DNA from: Dehalococcoidia bacterium | GTDB lineage: Bacteria > Chloroflexota > Dehalococcoidia > Dehalococcoidales > W498 | Length of the DNA stretch: 64,000 bases | Direction: 5' to 3' | NCBI GenBank assembly: GCA_011170285.1 | Contig: DUEE01000023.1 | Location: 7,283 to 71,282 of the forward strand | Shown here: in pieces, positions 51,828 through 61,224 of the stretch | Layout: the number at the start of each line of letters is the position of its first letter | Position numbering within the stretch: position 1 is the stretch's first letter | Made by a program: the position numbers and the translations under genes | Notes under the pieces: model-generated | Seen by the model: the letters and a program-made list of their open reading frames with translations, nothing else | Database searches by the model: none | Told to the model about the DNA's origin: nothing

Positions 51828-52490
51828 ATGGAAAGCAGACATTTGTCATTACCAAAGCAGCGAAATTATGAATATGGTTATCAGCATGCTTATAAGCTTG
51901 CTTGTGACCAACTAACCAAGATTGGTGCTATAGACCAGTTATGCCTCAGAAGCGGTACCCAATACCAGGTAATAGATTCCCAGAAGATAATGTTACTAAA
52001 ATATCTAAATCAAACCTACCAAATTACTCTTTCTAATATGGACATTTCATTCACAGATAGCAAACAGGAAGTACCGATAAGCGACAAGATATTAATGCTC
52101 CACTATTTGACCTCAGCCAAAGGCACCCCTATCAGCAATAAATTGATTGCCTATAAAGAATTGCCAGAAGGGGCTAATTATTTTCCAACATTCGCCAAGA
52201 GAGCAATAAAGCCACTTTTAGACCACTTTGGCAAAGAGCCTCATCTCCTGTTGGATGTTGCCCATAAGCTTGGAGGGGATAAAGCTGAGTATGGCGATGT
52301 AGCGGTAACCATCAATGCTTTTACCTATGTACCTATAACCCTTGTCATGTGGCGAGGTGATGAGGAGTTTGCTCCTGAGGGTAGCATCCTTTTTGATAGC
52401 ACTATCTCTGACTATTTGTCTGCTTATGATATAAATGTGCTTTGTGAAACCATAGCCTGGAGATTGGTCAAGTTTTCAAAAGGAGCCTAA
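51828..52490 (+). CDS. DUF3786 domain protein
   Basis: 220 aa, the last gene of the acs cluster. The pattern (KELPEGANYFPTF...FDSTISDYLSAYDI) matches my recollection of DUF3786. Confidence 0.6.
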   Translation: MESRHLSLPKQRNYEYGYQHAYKLACDQLTKIGAIDQLCLRSGTQYQVIDSQKIMLLKYLNQTYQITLSNMDISFTDSKQEVPISDKILMLHYLTSAKGTPISNKLIAYKELPEGANYFPTFAKRAIKPLLDHFGKEPHLLLDVAHKLGGDKAEYGDVAVTINAFTYVPITLVMWRGDEEFAPEGSILFDSTISDYLSAYDINVLCETIAWRLVKFSKGA

Positions 52491-52666
52491 AACCCTTCAC
52501 CTCAGTTTGAGAGTGGTATCTCAGACCAACACTCTCTCAATATCAGCCCTGATTTACTCGGCGGTGAAGTGCCTGCCAGGTTCCAAGGACATCTACCACA
52601 CATATACCAATCGTGGAGCCTCATTAGAATATGTCACTAGGGAGAATAATTGCTACCGGCAACAGT

Positions 52667-53266
52667 TTATTTTGAGGTAATACAAGGACTATTTAACCCA
52701 ATCGAACTAATTCGACTGTAAATAGCTCCTTCCCTGGTTAACTGGCTCCTCATCAGGTTAATAGCACCTACTTCAATGGCATAAACTGCCTCAAGTTGAG
52801 TACCGGCAATAAGCTGTCCAAACCTTTCCCGCTCATCCAACGGTGCCCGGTCACGAAGACGAGCCAGGGTTAAATGGGGAGTAAATGGGCGCGACTCAGG
52901 GACAAAACCAATATGAGCCAGGTTAGATTCAATGCCTTGCTGAAGCTGACCTAGCTTATCCACATCCCCACTTATCCCTACCCATGCTACTTGGACTCGC
53001 CTCACATTAGGGAAAACTCCCAGGTCCTTGACCTCCAGATGGAAAGGGGGTATCCCCTGAGCCGACTCCTCCATTGCCTTGGTTATTTCACTAATCCTAG
53101 CTACAGCAACACTGCCCAGGAATTTTAGTGTTAGGTGAATGCTATATGGGTCAACCCACTTTACCCACGGCTGCTTGTCTAATTTGAGGCGAGACTGCAA
53201 TTGAGCAAGCCCCTGTTTTAGCTCATCAGGTAGCTCAATAGCAATAAAAGAGCGAACTTGCTCCAT
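52667..53266 (-). CDS. thpR: RNA 2',3'-cyclic phosphodiesterase (2H family, ThpR/LigT)
   Basis: 199 aa with two HxT motifs (HLTLKFLG and HLTLARL). Confidence 0.88.
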   Translation of the reverse strand: MEQVRSFIAIELPDELKQGLAQLQSRLKLDKQPWVKWVDPYSIHLTLKFLGSVAVARISEITKAMEESAQGIPPFHLEVKDLGVFPNVRRVQVAWVGISGDVDKLGQLQQGIESNLAHIGFVPESRPFTPHLTLARLRDRAPLDERERFGQLIAGTQLEAVYAIEVGAINLMRSQLTREGAIYSRISSIGLNSPCITSK

Positions 53267-53311
53267 AGCCTTGCATCCCCCACAAACCGTTTACCAACCT
53301 CCGCCCCTTTA

Positions 53312-54166
53312 CTAAACAACCTCACGATTAATACCTAGCAGTCTCTGGGCATTGCCTGATAGAATCAGGGTTTTGTCTGCCTCAGGTAAATCCAGAGAGT
53401 TAATTTCTTTTAAATACCTGCCCTGTGCTATTAGTGGGTAATCACTACCGAAAAGAATCTTATCAGCACCGACAAGTTGGATAACCTGATTATATATCTG
53501 TGGAGAATAAAGATAAGGCGAAGCTGCCGTATCAAAAAAGACATTGCCCATAGCCTGTTTTACCTCAGGCATTAAAGCATAGAAGGGTAAGCCACCACCC
53601 CAATGGGCACAAACTATGGTTAAATCAGGGAAGCTGGTAATAAGGGGGTAGAGTATATCCGGGGTAACGCTCCCCTTGCCCGGATAGATATGACCTACTG
53701 GCTCAGAGGAATGAGTAAGCAGAATTAGTTTATGCTTCCTCATTACCTCAACAAAGGGCTCCATCACTTCTTTATCCATTAGGTCAAATAATTGCAAATC
53801 TGGCCTCATTTCACCAACCCCCCTTATCCCTCCTTTAGCACAGCGCTCAATTTCAGCTATAGCAGCTTCACATGATTGCGGTTGAACAGCACAGAAGCCT
53901 ATAAGCCTCTGGGGATAGCGAGCTACTGACTCCAAGATGTAGTCGTTAATTTCAACGCACAACTCATGAGTAGTCCAGCCGTAATTGACAATAACTGAAA
54001 TATCAACTCCATCCTTATCCATACTGGCGATGAGTTCATCAGCAGTAGCCAGCTTAGCTTTAGGATTGGAGTAGAGGATAGCGAAACAGGGGTCACTATC
54101 AATATACTTACTGCGGTTTTTCTTTATCTGGGGTGGAAATACATGGCTGTGAAAGTCAATAATCAT
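53312..54166 (-). CDS. amidohydrolase-2 family metal-dependent hydrolase
   Basis: 284 aa with MIIDFHSHVFP at the N-terminus and late HWGGG and GSDYP motifs. Confidence 0.8.
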   Translation of the reverse strand: MIIDFHSHVFPPQIKKNRSKYIDSDPCFAILYSNPKAKLATADELIASMDKDGVDISVIVNYGWTTHELCVEINDYILESVARYPQRLIGFCAVQPQSCEAAIAEIERCAKGGIRGVGEMRPDLQLFDLMDKEVMEPFVEVMRKHKLILLTHSSEPVGHIYPGKGSVTPDILYPLITSFPDLTIVCAHWGGGLPFYALMPEVKQAMGNVFFDTAASPYLYSPQIYNQVIQLVGADKILFGSDYPLIAQGRYLKEINSLDLPEADKTLILSGNAQRLLGINREVV

Positions 54167-54235
54167 AATGCCAGATTATAACAGAACACCCTCAATAACT
54201 TCAAGCCAGGTGTCAGTTCTAAGTTAACAGCCTGA

Positions 54236-55465
54236 CTATGCCTCCCGTAAACACCTGATGATTTCTCCCAGTCTGGGTCGCTTACCATACATCAACACGA
54301 AGGTTCGGAATACCTTGGCTGCCAGTACCAGGCCACCGATTATTCCTGCTATTAGTACACTTATGCTCAGAACCAACTCCCAAGTCGGAATCCCAGATGT
54401 GCCGAGCCGTACGAAAACCATCAGCGGGGCAGTGACGGGAATCATCGTAAAGATTCTACTGACAACATGGTCAGGGTTGTTTAGGAAGAAGAAAAGCCCC
54501 CAAAGGGGTATCCACGCAGGCAGAATTAAAAGCATTGACAATTGCTGACTATCTCTGGCGTTGGCGCCAATAGCACCGATGCTAGCCATTAGCACTGCAA
54601 AGAACAGATAGACAAGAACAAAATAGACTATACCCAGGACTAGGAAGTTGTCTGGTATCTGGATTGTACTGATGAAACCTCCTATCGTGGTTGAGATCCA
54701 TCGCACCAGAAACACAGCCGATAGCAGCCAGATAACTACCTGTACCAATCCGGCAGCGCCAAGCCCAAGCACCTTCCCGGTTATTAGCTGTCGGGCTGAG
54801 ACAGAGGATAGCAGTATTTCCATTACCCGGTTCTCCTTCTCCTCACCCAGCCCCTGAAGCAGAGAACCAGAAGAAGAAAAGATAGATATAATAAGTAGAA
54901 AGCCAACCACTAAGGGAACCATAAGAGCCCCAAATCCGCCCTGGTCAGTAGCTACTTGCCCTGTTTCATCTAGTCTTATGCTAACTAGTCCCATCGGAGC
55001 CTTGGTTCGCTCTATTACCTCCGGGCTGGTTTGCCCTTCAAGAAGGTTGCTTAATAAAAAGCTTTTTAGTGCCCACTGGATTTTTCCTGGCGGCTCTAGC
55101 TCTCTTTCCAGGGTGTATCTGATGATTTCGCCTGTAGCAACATAATCCGAGGGGATGATGAAATACTGGCTAATCTCTCCCGCCAGCAGTGCACTGGTGG
55201 CTTCTTCAGGTGTATTGTAGCCCATAAGAGTAACAGTGGGTTCACCAGGCTGCTCGGTGTAGCCGCTGAAGCCTCCCACTTCATCTATATAGCCAATGGA
55301 TATTACATCACTAGGAACCAGCGGTTTTTCTATCCCCTGAATAAAGCTAAGTATCGCCATGGCGATAAGGACAAGCACAGGCAAGGCGAGGGTCATTATA
55401 ATAAACGATTTCGTCTTTACCATGTGCAGGAACTCATGTTTCAATATCAGAATCGTCTTATTCAT
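54236..55465 (-). CDS. ABC-2 type transporter permease (NatB-like)
   Basis: 409 aa. One N-terminal TM helix, an extracytoplasmic domain and a C-terminal bundle of about 5 TM helices. Overlaps the ATPase gene by 4 nt. Confidence 0.8.
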   Translation of the reverse strand: MNKTILILKHEFLHMVKTKSFIIMTLALPVLVLIAMAILSFIQGIEKPLVPSDVISIGYIDEVGGFSGYTEQPGEPTVTLMGYNTPEEATSALLAGEISQYFIIPSDYVATGEIIRYTLERELEPPGKIQWALKSFLLSNLLEGQTSPEVIERTKAPMGLVSIRLDETGQVATDQGGFGALMVPLVVGFLLIISIFSSSGSLLQGLGEEKENRVMEILLSSVSARQLITGKVLGLGAAGLVQVVIWLLSAVFLVRWISTTIGGFISTIQIPDNFLVLGIVYFVLVYLFFAVLMASIGAIGANARDSQQLSMLLILPAWIPLWGLFFFLNNPDHVVSRIFTMIPVTAPLMVFVRLGTSGIPTWELVLSISVLIAGIIGGLVLAAKVFRTFVLMYGKRPRLGEIIRCLREA

Positions 55466-56355
55466 CGCCCCTTCTCTACCACTTGAAGGAATATTTCATT
55501 CAAAGAAGGAGTGGAGACCTCAAAACGATTAACGCTGACTCCCCGGCTTGCCAACTGCCTCAAAATCTTCTGGGGTGGGGTTTCTTTATCCAGAAATAGC
55601 TCCACATAGTCTCCGTGCTCCTTCTTCCCCACCACCCCCCCTATATCACCGAGCACACCACCAAACTCAAGGAATACAGAATTATTCCTGTATCTCGATT
55701 TAATTTCAGCTAGTTCCCCATAGAGAACAGTGCACCCCTTATTTATCATCAAAATCCGATCACAAAGCGCCTCCACTTCATTCATCATATGCGTACTCAG
55801 GATGATTGCCTTACCCTGATTTCTTAACTCCAGAATCATTTCCTTAAGCAGTTTAGTGTTAACCGGGTCCAGCCCGGCGAAGGGTTCATCCAGAACCAAT
55901 AGCTGGGGGTCATGAATAAGAGTGACAAGAAATTGGATAATCTGCCCCATACCACGGCTCAGTTCCTCTACCTTCTTCTCCTTATGAGGCAGCATATCCA
56001 CCCGCTTAAGCAGCTCTTCAGCTCTGCTTCTTGCTGCCCGGACCCCCAAACCTTTCAACGAGGCTAAATAAACAAGCGTCTCGAGAACTCTAACCTTGCG
56101 GTATAATCCCCTCTCCTCAGGCAGATAGCCAACTCTGTTTTTGGTAGCCTCATTCAGACTCTCTCCCAGGATGCTTATCCCTCCTGAATCTGGCTTGGTG
56201 ATGTCCATCATCATTCTAATAGTAGTTGTCTTGCCGGCGCCATTGGGACCGATTAATCCAAATATCTCACCCTGGGCTACGGTGAAGGAAACATTATTAA
56301 CTACCAAGTTATCATTGTAGGACTTGCATATATTATTTAGCTCAACCGCGGGCAT
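55462..56355 (-). CDS. ABC transporter ATP-binding protein (NatA-like)
   Basis: 297 aa with Walker A GPNGAGKTT, signature LSRGMGQ and Walker B LLVLDEPF. Confidence 0.92.
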   Translation of the reverse strand: MPAVELNNICKSYNDNLVVNNVSFTVAQGEIFGLIGPNGAGKTTTIRMMMDITKPDSGGISILGESLNEATKNRVGYLPEERGLYRKVRVLETLVYLASLKGLGVRAARSRAEELLKRVDMLPHKEKKVEELSRGMGQIIQFLVTLIHDPQLLVLDEPFAGLDPVNTKLLKEMILELRNQGKAIILSTHMMNEVEALCDRILMINKGCTVLYGELAEIKSRYRNNSVFLEFGGVLGDIGGVVGKKEHGDYVELFLDKETPPQKILRQLASRGVSVNRFEVSTPSLNEIFLQVVEKGR

Positions 56356-56400
56356 AATTCATCCTTTTCCTGCTTAATAGACCTGATTAAGAAGTCAGAG

Positions 56401-57039
56401 CTATTGTTCTGGCTTTTCCTCAGCCTTCTCTTCAGCCTCCTCTGGTGCTTCAGCCTCAACCTCCTCAACTACCTTCTCTTCAGCCACTTTACTGACCTTC
56501 ACAACCATTCGGTCGGAGTCAGTAATGACCATAATGTCGGGGCTAAGGGCAATGTCGTTAACATAGATTGCCTGTTCTACCTTCTCCAGCGGGCTTAGTT
56601 CAACCTCTATTTGATGAGGAAGTCTATCCGGCAGGCATTCAACACTCAGGCTGGTGAGACTGTGAATCAGGACGCACCCCTTCTCTTTCAATGCCGGGGC
56701 TTCGCCGACCAAGACAATAGGAACATCTGCCTTCATTCTTTCCCCCTTTAGCACCTGGTAGAAGTCAACATGAAGTAGGGCAGCAGTGCAGACATCTCTC
56801 TGAATTTCACGGATGAATACACTTCTGGTGTGCTTATCCCCTTCAATCTCCAGGGTAATAAGTCTGGTGGCTCCTGCCTGAGCTATAATCCGCTGCAGCC
56901 TGGCGGTATCAACCTGCAAAGAAATTGAGTCCAGACCATGTCCAAAAAGATGAACCGGGGTGATACCCTGACGGCGCAAGAACCTAGTCTTCTTACCTAA
57001 GATGTTTCTTTTACTGACTGGTAGTGCTAAACCGTTCAT
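56401..57039 (-). CDS. rplY: 50S ribosomal protein L25/general stress protein Ctc
   Basis: 212 aa with RRQGITPVHLFGHG, HVDFYQV and an acidic C-terminal tail. Confidence 0.9.
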   Translation of the reverse strand: MNGLALPVSKRNILGKKTRFLRRQGITPVHLFGHGLDSISLQVDTARLQRIIAQAGATRLITLEIEGDKHTRSVFIREIQRDVCTAALLHVDFYQVLKGERMKADVPIVLVGEAPALKEKGCVLIHSLTSLSVECLPDRLPHQIEVELSPLEKVEQAIYVNDIALSPDIMVITDSDRMVVKVSKVAEEKVVEEVEAEAPEEAEEKAEEKPEQ

Positions 57040-57204
57040 CTATCTCCTCCTTCTATACCCACCAATTTAAGCAGAGACAGACATAAAATTCAAATCCGCC
57101 AGGCTAGTGGTCAACTGAAGAGGGGAGGGACAAGGGAGAATCGCTAAAATTATGTAGACTTAGGTTTACGACTATAGTATAATTAAACCAGTATCGGAGG
57201 GTTA

Positions 57205-58089
57205 ATGTCATTGCCTAAATTAGGTAATTCATCATCAACGACCTCGGCAGATAATGTGAAAGCCGAGGTTTTTTCATCATTATCAATAAAGGAAATGGAG
57301 GAGATAGCTAAAAGGCTGCGCCGACACATCATCACTATGACCGGAAAGGCGGGTAGTGGTCACCCCGGTGGCTCCCTGTCAGCAGTGGAGATTGTGACCG
57401 TCGTCTACTGTAGATTATTGCGACATAAGCCATCAGACCCTCAATGGTCTGACAGGGATAGGTTCGTCCTGAGTAAGGGGCATGCTGCCCCTTTGCTCTA
57501 CGCCGCTCTGGCTGAGTGCGGCTATTTCCCGGTAGATGAGCTACTTACATTAAGGCAGATGGATAGTCGCCTTCAGGGTCATACTGATCGGGCAGTTACT
57601 CCAGGGGTGGAGATGTCAGCCGGCGCCCTGGGACAAGGATTATCCTTCACTATTGGTATTACCCTGGCTGGTCGGCTCAACTCACAGGACTATAGAGCAT
57701 ATGTTTTGCTGGGAGATGGTGAGTGCGATGAGGGGCAAATATGGGAAGGGGCTATGGCTGCCGCCCACTTTAAGGTGGATAACCTGACAGCTATAGTAGA
57801 TAATAATAGACAGCAGATTGATGGCTGGAACCGTGATGTTATGAATCTTGACCCCTTTAATAGTAAGTGGCTAGCCTTTGGCTGGCATGTGATTGAGGTT
57901 GACGGTCACGACTTCACCCAGCTTATCGACGCCTTTAACCAGGCGAAAATGGTTAAGGGGCAACCCACAGTCATCATCGCCCACACTATTAAGGGCAAAG
58001 GGGTCAGCTTTATGGAAAATAATCCCTATTTTCACGGTAAAGCTCCCAATGCTGAAGAAGTGGAAATAGCATTAAAGGAATTGGAGTAA
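57205..58089 (+). CDS. transketolase, N-terminal (TPP-binding) subunit
   Basis: 294 aa with GSGHPGGSLS, SKGHAAP and GDGECDEGQIWE. Confidence 0.93.
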   Translation: MSLPKLGNSSSTTSADNVKAEVFSSLSIKEMEEIAKRLRRHIITMTGKAGSGHPGGSLSAVEIVTVVYCRLLRHKPSDPQWSDRDRFVLSKGHAAPLLYAALAECGYFPVDELLTLRQMDSRLQGHTDRAVTPGVEMSAGALGQGLSFTIGITLAGRLNSQDYRAYVLLGDGECDEGQIWEGAMAAAHFKVDNLTAIVDNNRQQIDGWNRDVMNLDPFNSKWLAFGWHVIEVDGHDFTQLIDAFNQAKMVKGQPTVIIAHTIKGKGVSFMENNPYFHGKAPNAEEVEIALKELE

Positions 58090-58111
58090 AAAGTTACCTC
58101 AAGAGGTTTCT

Positions 58112-59038
58112 ATGAGACAGTCCTATGGCAAAACACTGGTTGAGCTGGGTAATGAGAACCCGGATATCGTGGTACTAGATGCTGACCTATCGCGGTCAAC
58201 TATGACCCAACTTTTTGCTGGTGAGTTCCCCAACCGTTTCTTTGACTGTGGTATCGCCGAGCAAAACATGGTAGGAATTGCCGCCGGGTTGGCAGCCTCA
58301 GGCAAGATACCTTTTGCCAGTACCTTTGCCGTTTTCGCCCCTGGTCGTTGCTTTGACCAAATTCGAATGTCTATTGCTCAGCCCAAGCTCAATGTGAAGC
58401 TAGTTACTACTCACGGTGGTATTAGTGTCGGTGAGGATGGCACCTCACACCACTCTATTGAAGACCTATCTCTGATTTGCTCTCTCCCTGGCTTTACTGT
58501 TATCGTCCCTGCTGATGCTATTGAAACCGCCCAGGCAGTAAGAGTGGCTGCTACCAGCTACGGACCTTTCTATGTCAGACTGTGCCGTCCTAAAGTTCCA
58601 TTGGTCTATGACCAGGACTATCGCTTTAATCTGGGTAAGGCGGTAACGATGAGACAGGGCAAGGATGTAACCATTATCGCTATGGGACTTATGGTTTCAG
58701 CGGCGCTGGAAGCGGCTGACGACCTGATGCGAGAAGACATAGATTGCCATATATTAAATATATCTACCCTCAAGCCCATTGATAAGGTAGCTATTATTAG
58801 TGCGGCAGCTGAAACGGGGGCTATCGTTACTGCCGAAGAGCACCTGGAGCATGGCGGTCTGGGGAGTATTATAGCTCAGGTAATAGCCAGACATTATCCG
58901 GTGCCTATAGAGTTTGTAGCTATTAAAGACACCTATGCCCAATCAGGCGAGTCTGCCGAGCTCCTGCAGAGGTATGGATTAACGGCTAAAGATATTAAGC
59001 AAGCAGTAAGGTCAGTTATAAAAAGAAAGGGCGGATAG
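58112..59038 (+). CDS. transketolase, C-terminal (pyrimidine-binding) subunit
   Basis: 308 aa with DCGIAEQNMVG and EDGTSHHSIEDL. Confidence 0.93.
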   Translation: MRQSYGKTLVELGNENPDIVVLDADLSRSTMTQLFAGEFPNRFFDCGIAEQNMVGIAAGLAASGKIPFASTFAVFAPGRCFDQIRMSIAQPKLNVKLVTTHGGISVGEDGTSHHSIEDLSLICSLPGFTVIVPADAIETAQAVRVAATSYGPFYVRLCRPKVPLVYDQDYRFNLGKAVTMRQGKDVTIIAMGLMVSAALEAADDLMREDIDCHILNISTLKPIDKVAIISAAAETGAIVTAEEHLEHGGLGSIIAQVIARHYPVPIEFVAIKDTYAQSGESAELLQRYGLTAKDIKQAVRSVIKRKGG

Positions 59039-59105
59039 GAAGATTTTGCGCAAGGTTAGATATTATGCCCACAAGATATCCCGCCTTTTTGTTAATTGTA
59101 CCCTC

Positions 59106-59807
59106 TCATTGAGATACGGTTCCGGTTGCCTCTTTCAGGGCAGCCATTGCCAGTAACCTTGTAGAATCCAATGTTGGTAAGGGTGAACTTTCCTGGAATA
59201 CTAGCAGCGGTATCTCGGTACAGCCCAGGACAACGGCATCGCAGCCTTGGTTTTTTAATCGGCCGATTACCTCGTTAAAATAGTCACGAGCCGCTAAAGA
59301 AAAACGACCATAAACCAGTTCATGAAAAATAATATCATTAATGCACTCTCGGTCCTTCACTTCAGGAATCCTGTAGTCAATACCCATAGCAGTGAGCTTG
59401 GCAGGATAAACAGGAGACTCCATCAAAAAGCGTGTGCCCAAAACTCCAAGATACTTATAGTTTTGACGCTTTGCCTCAGCAGCAACTTCTTCAGCAATAT
59501 GAAGCCACGGAATTGGTGATTTCTTAACGACAATGTCAAATGCCTGGTGGATGGTATTATCGGGGCATATAGCAAAATCTGCTCCCACCTTTGCTACCTT
59601 GTCTACTGAAGATAACATTAAACTAGCTATAGCTTCCCAATCGCCTGTTTCAATGTATCGTATATATTGGCTAAGAGGAAAGGTGTGCATGGTGACCTCA
59701 GGATGAGCGTATCTCCCCATGAAATTCACCCCTTCTATGCAGATTGTGCGATAACAAAGGGCTGCCCCCTCGGCGCTACAGGCAACTATACCGATGTGTT
59801 TAGTCAT
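59106..59807 (-). CDS. aspartate/glutamate racemase family protein
   Basis: 233 aa with IGIVACSAEGA and a late VLGCTEIPLL (second catalytic Cys region). Confidence 0.8.
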   Translation of the reverse strand: MTKHIGIVACSAEGAALCYRTICIEGVNFMGRYAHPEVTMHTFPLSQYIRYIETGDWEAIASLMLSSVDKVAKVGADFAICPDNTIHQAFDIVVKKSPIPWLHIAEEVAAEAKRQNYKYLGVLGTRFLMESPVYPAKLTAMGIDYRIPEVKDRECINDIIFHELVYGRFSLAARDYFNEVIGRLKNQGCDAVVLGCTEIPLLVFQESSPLPTLDSTRLLAMAALKEATGTVSQ

Positions 59808-60435
59808 GCTCTTTCTCCTCGCCTGTGTTACTCCTAACTTCAGTGCCTCCGAAATACCTCGGTAACACCTCCGCTTGGCGCATTACCATATGCCTTCGCT
59901 TTACGAAATCGGTAATGCCTATCAGACAAGGCAAGGCAATACTGTAACCAATAAGCGCCCCGGGAAGCCCCAGCCACCATCCCACCAGTGGTAGTGGAAT
60001 AAACAGCACGCAACTGGCTTTAATTACATTTCTTTTAATTAAGAGTGTGGCTAATGCAGGTCCAGCCAAAATCAGCATTGGCTGAGTAATTATAGTCAGC
60101 AGGACACCAATAGCAGTGCTCTCTCCCCGTCCACCCCTGAAGCCAATAAAGACCGACCAATTATGACCAATAACTGTTGCGGCTCCAGTAAGCAGGATTG
60201 CTACCAGAGGCAGACTGGCTGCCTGAGCGATAAGAATAGCCAGTGCTCCTTTACCGGCATCAACAAAAAACACCCCTACCCCGGCTTTAGTCCCTAGCTG
60301 TCGAAAAGCATTGGCGGTACCCACATTAGCATCCCCCATCTGCCGAATATCCTTGCCTTTAAGTAGACGCCCGGCAATGTAGGCAGCGGGGATGGAGCCC
60401 AAGAAGTAACCCAATAATACTATTAGCCAGTACAT
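59800..60435 (-). CDS. plsY: glycerol-3-phosphate acyltransferase PlsY
   Basis: 211 aa membrane protein with LGYFLGSIPAAYI and GDANVGTANAFR. Overlaps the racemase gene by 8 nt. Confidence 0.88.
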   Translation of the reverse strand: MYWLIVLLGYFLGSIPAAYIAGRLLKGKDIRQMGDANVGTANAFRQLGTKAGVGVFFVDAGKGALAILIAQAASLPLVAILLTGAATVIGHNWSVFIGFRGGRGESTAIGVLLTIITQPMLILAGPALATLLIKRNVIKASCVLFIPLPLVGWWLGLPGALIGYSIALPCLIGITDFVKRRHMVMRQAEVLPRYFGGTEVRSNTGEEKEHD

Positions 60436-60443
60436 ATTCTAAA

Positions 60444-60528
60444 TGGTGCCGAGGGTGGGACTCGAACCCACAAGGATTGCTCCGGCGGATTTTAAGTCCG
60501 CTGCGTCTGCCTATTCCGCCACCCCGGC
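60444..60528 (-). tRNA. tRNA-Leu (anticodon TAA), type II with long variable arm, CCA encoded
   Basis: Minus strand: GCCGGGGTGGCGGAATAGG...GGACTTAAAATCC...GGGTTCGAGTCCCACCCTCGGCACCA. The 7-bp acceptor stem has one G-U pair. T-arm is GTGGG/CCCAC. Confidence 0.9.
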
Positions 60529-60536
60529 AAAAGCAG

Positions 60537-60599
60537 TGGAGGCGACAAGCTGATTCGAACCGCTGAATACGGTTTTGCAGGCCACAGTAGGTCGTCACC
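60537..60599 (-). pseudogene. truncated tRNA-Cys(GCA)-like element lacking a D-arm
   Basis: The 63-nt minus-strand sequence is GGTGACGACCTACTGTGGCCTGCAAAACCGTATTCAGCGGTTCGAATCAGCTTGTCGCCTCCA. The 3' part, about 45 nt from the anticodon loop CTGCAAA to CCA, looks tRNA-like. Only 7 nt stand where the D-arm should be. The T stem has a G-A mismatch and the anticodon stem has a C-A mismatch. Confidence 0.45.
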
Positions 60600-60659
60600 C
60601 CTAGTGTTTTGTTTCACATAGCCTTGTTATATATTTGATGCAGAATATCCCTGTGAGTT

Positions 60660-60689
60660 ATTATACCATCTGGTGATACCCCACGTCAC
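60660..60689 (-). promoter_or_regulatory. putative extended -10 promoter upstream of the tRNA pair
   Basis: Read on the minus strand: TGgTATAAT (60668-60660), with GTGACG/TGACGT 17-18 nt upstream. It lies about 60 nt upstream of the tRNA-Cys-like 5' end. Confidence 0.45.
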
Positions 60690-61194
60690 CCAATCCGTTA
60701 GCAAAAATAGGTGCTCTTTCTCACCTGTCATAGGCTGCCAGCGGTGAGACTGAAAGCGGGTAATACCTCCTAGTTCATTCGGGGTAGTGGATAACCTGTT
60801 TGCTCGTCTAAAAGGTTAGGATTGCCGCCGACACTCCTATCCATATCAGCCAGCATCTCCCCAAGCTGGAGCGTAAGCCCTAGAACCAAATTTTAGCCCC
60901 CCTTCCCGGGGCTTCTGAATGAGGCGGCGGGATACCTTTATGTTTAGAGAGGCGGCATTCCTCTGAGGGAGGAGGTTGATAAACGACTGGCTAACTGTTA
61001 GGCTGAGGGACTAGTAAACACTGGTATTTGGAGACTTCTATTATTATTCAGTAGAGTCGACTATATAGTACACAGAAGATGGGATAGGCCGACAGACCTC
61101 TATCAAATATTGAAGTTGGCGTGAAATTAAGAGAAGTAAATAAGAAACGACCATAGTCTTTAATGAACCTTAAGCTTTAACCTTGTCAATTTTC

Positions 61195-61224
61195 TTGACA
61201 GCGTCTCATAGCAGTTATTATAAT
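61195..61224 (+). promoter_or_regulatory. sigma-70 promoter of the rpoN-like gene, probably giving a near-leaderless mRNA
   Basis: TTGACA (61195-61200), 18-nt spacer, TATAAT (61219-61224). The first ATG (61235) is 10 nt after the -10 element, and no SD sequence precedes 61235 or 61250. Confidence 0.5.

Noticed and set aside
60359-60598. 79-aa minus-strand ORF
   Set aside because: It reads straight through tRNA-Leu and the tRNA-Cys-like element, so it is an artefact of the ORF caller.
60537-60900. tmRNA hypothesis, because the element ends in GGTTCGAATC...GTCGCCTCCA
   Set aside because: On the minus strand I found no partner 5' end (GGGG...TTCGAC) 300-400 nt upstream and no tag reading frame. 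The anticodon-loop-like CTGCAAA fits a tRNA-Cys fragment better.
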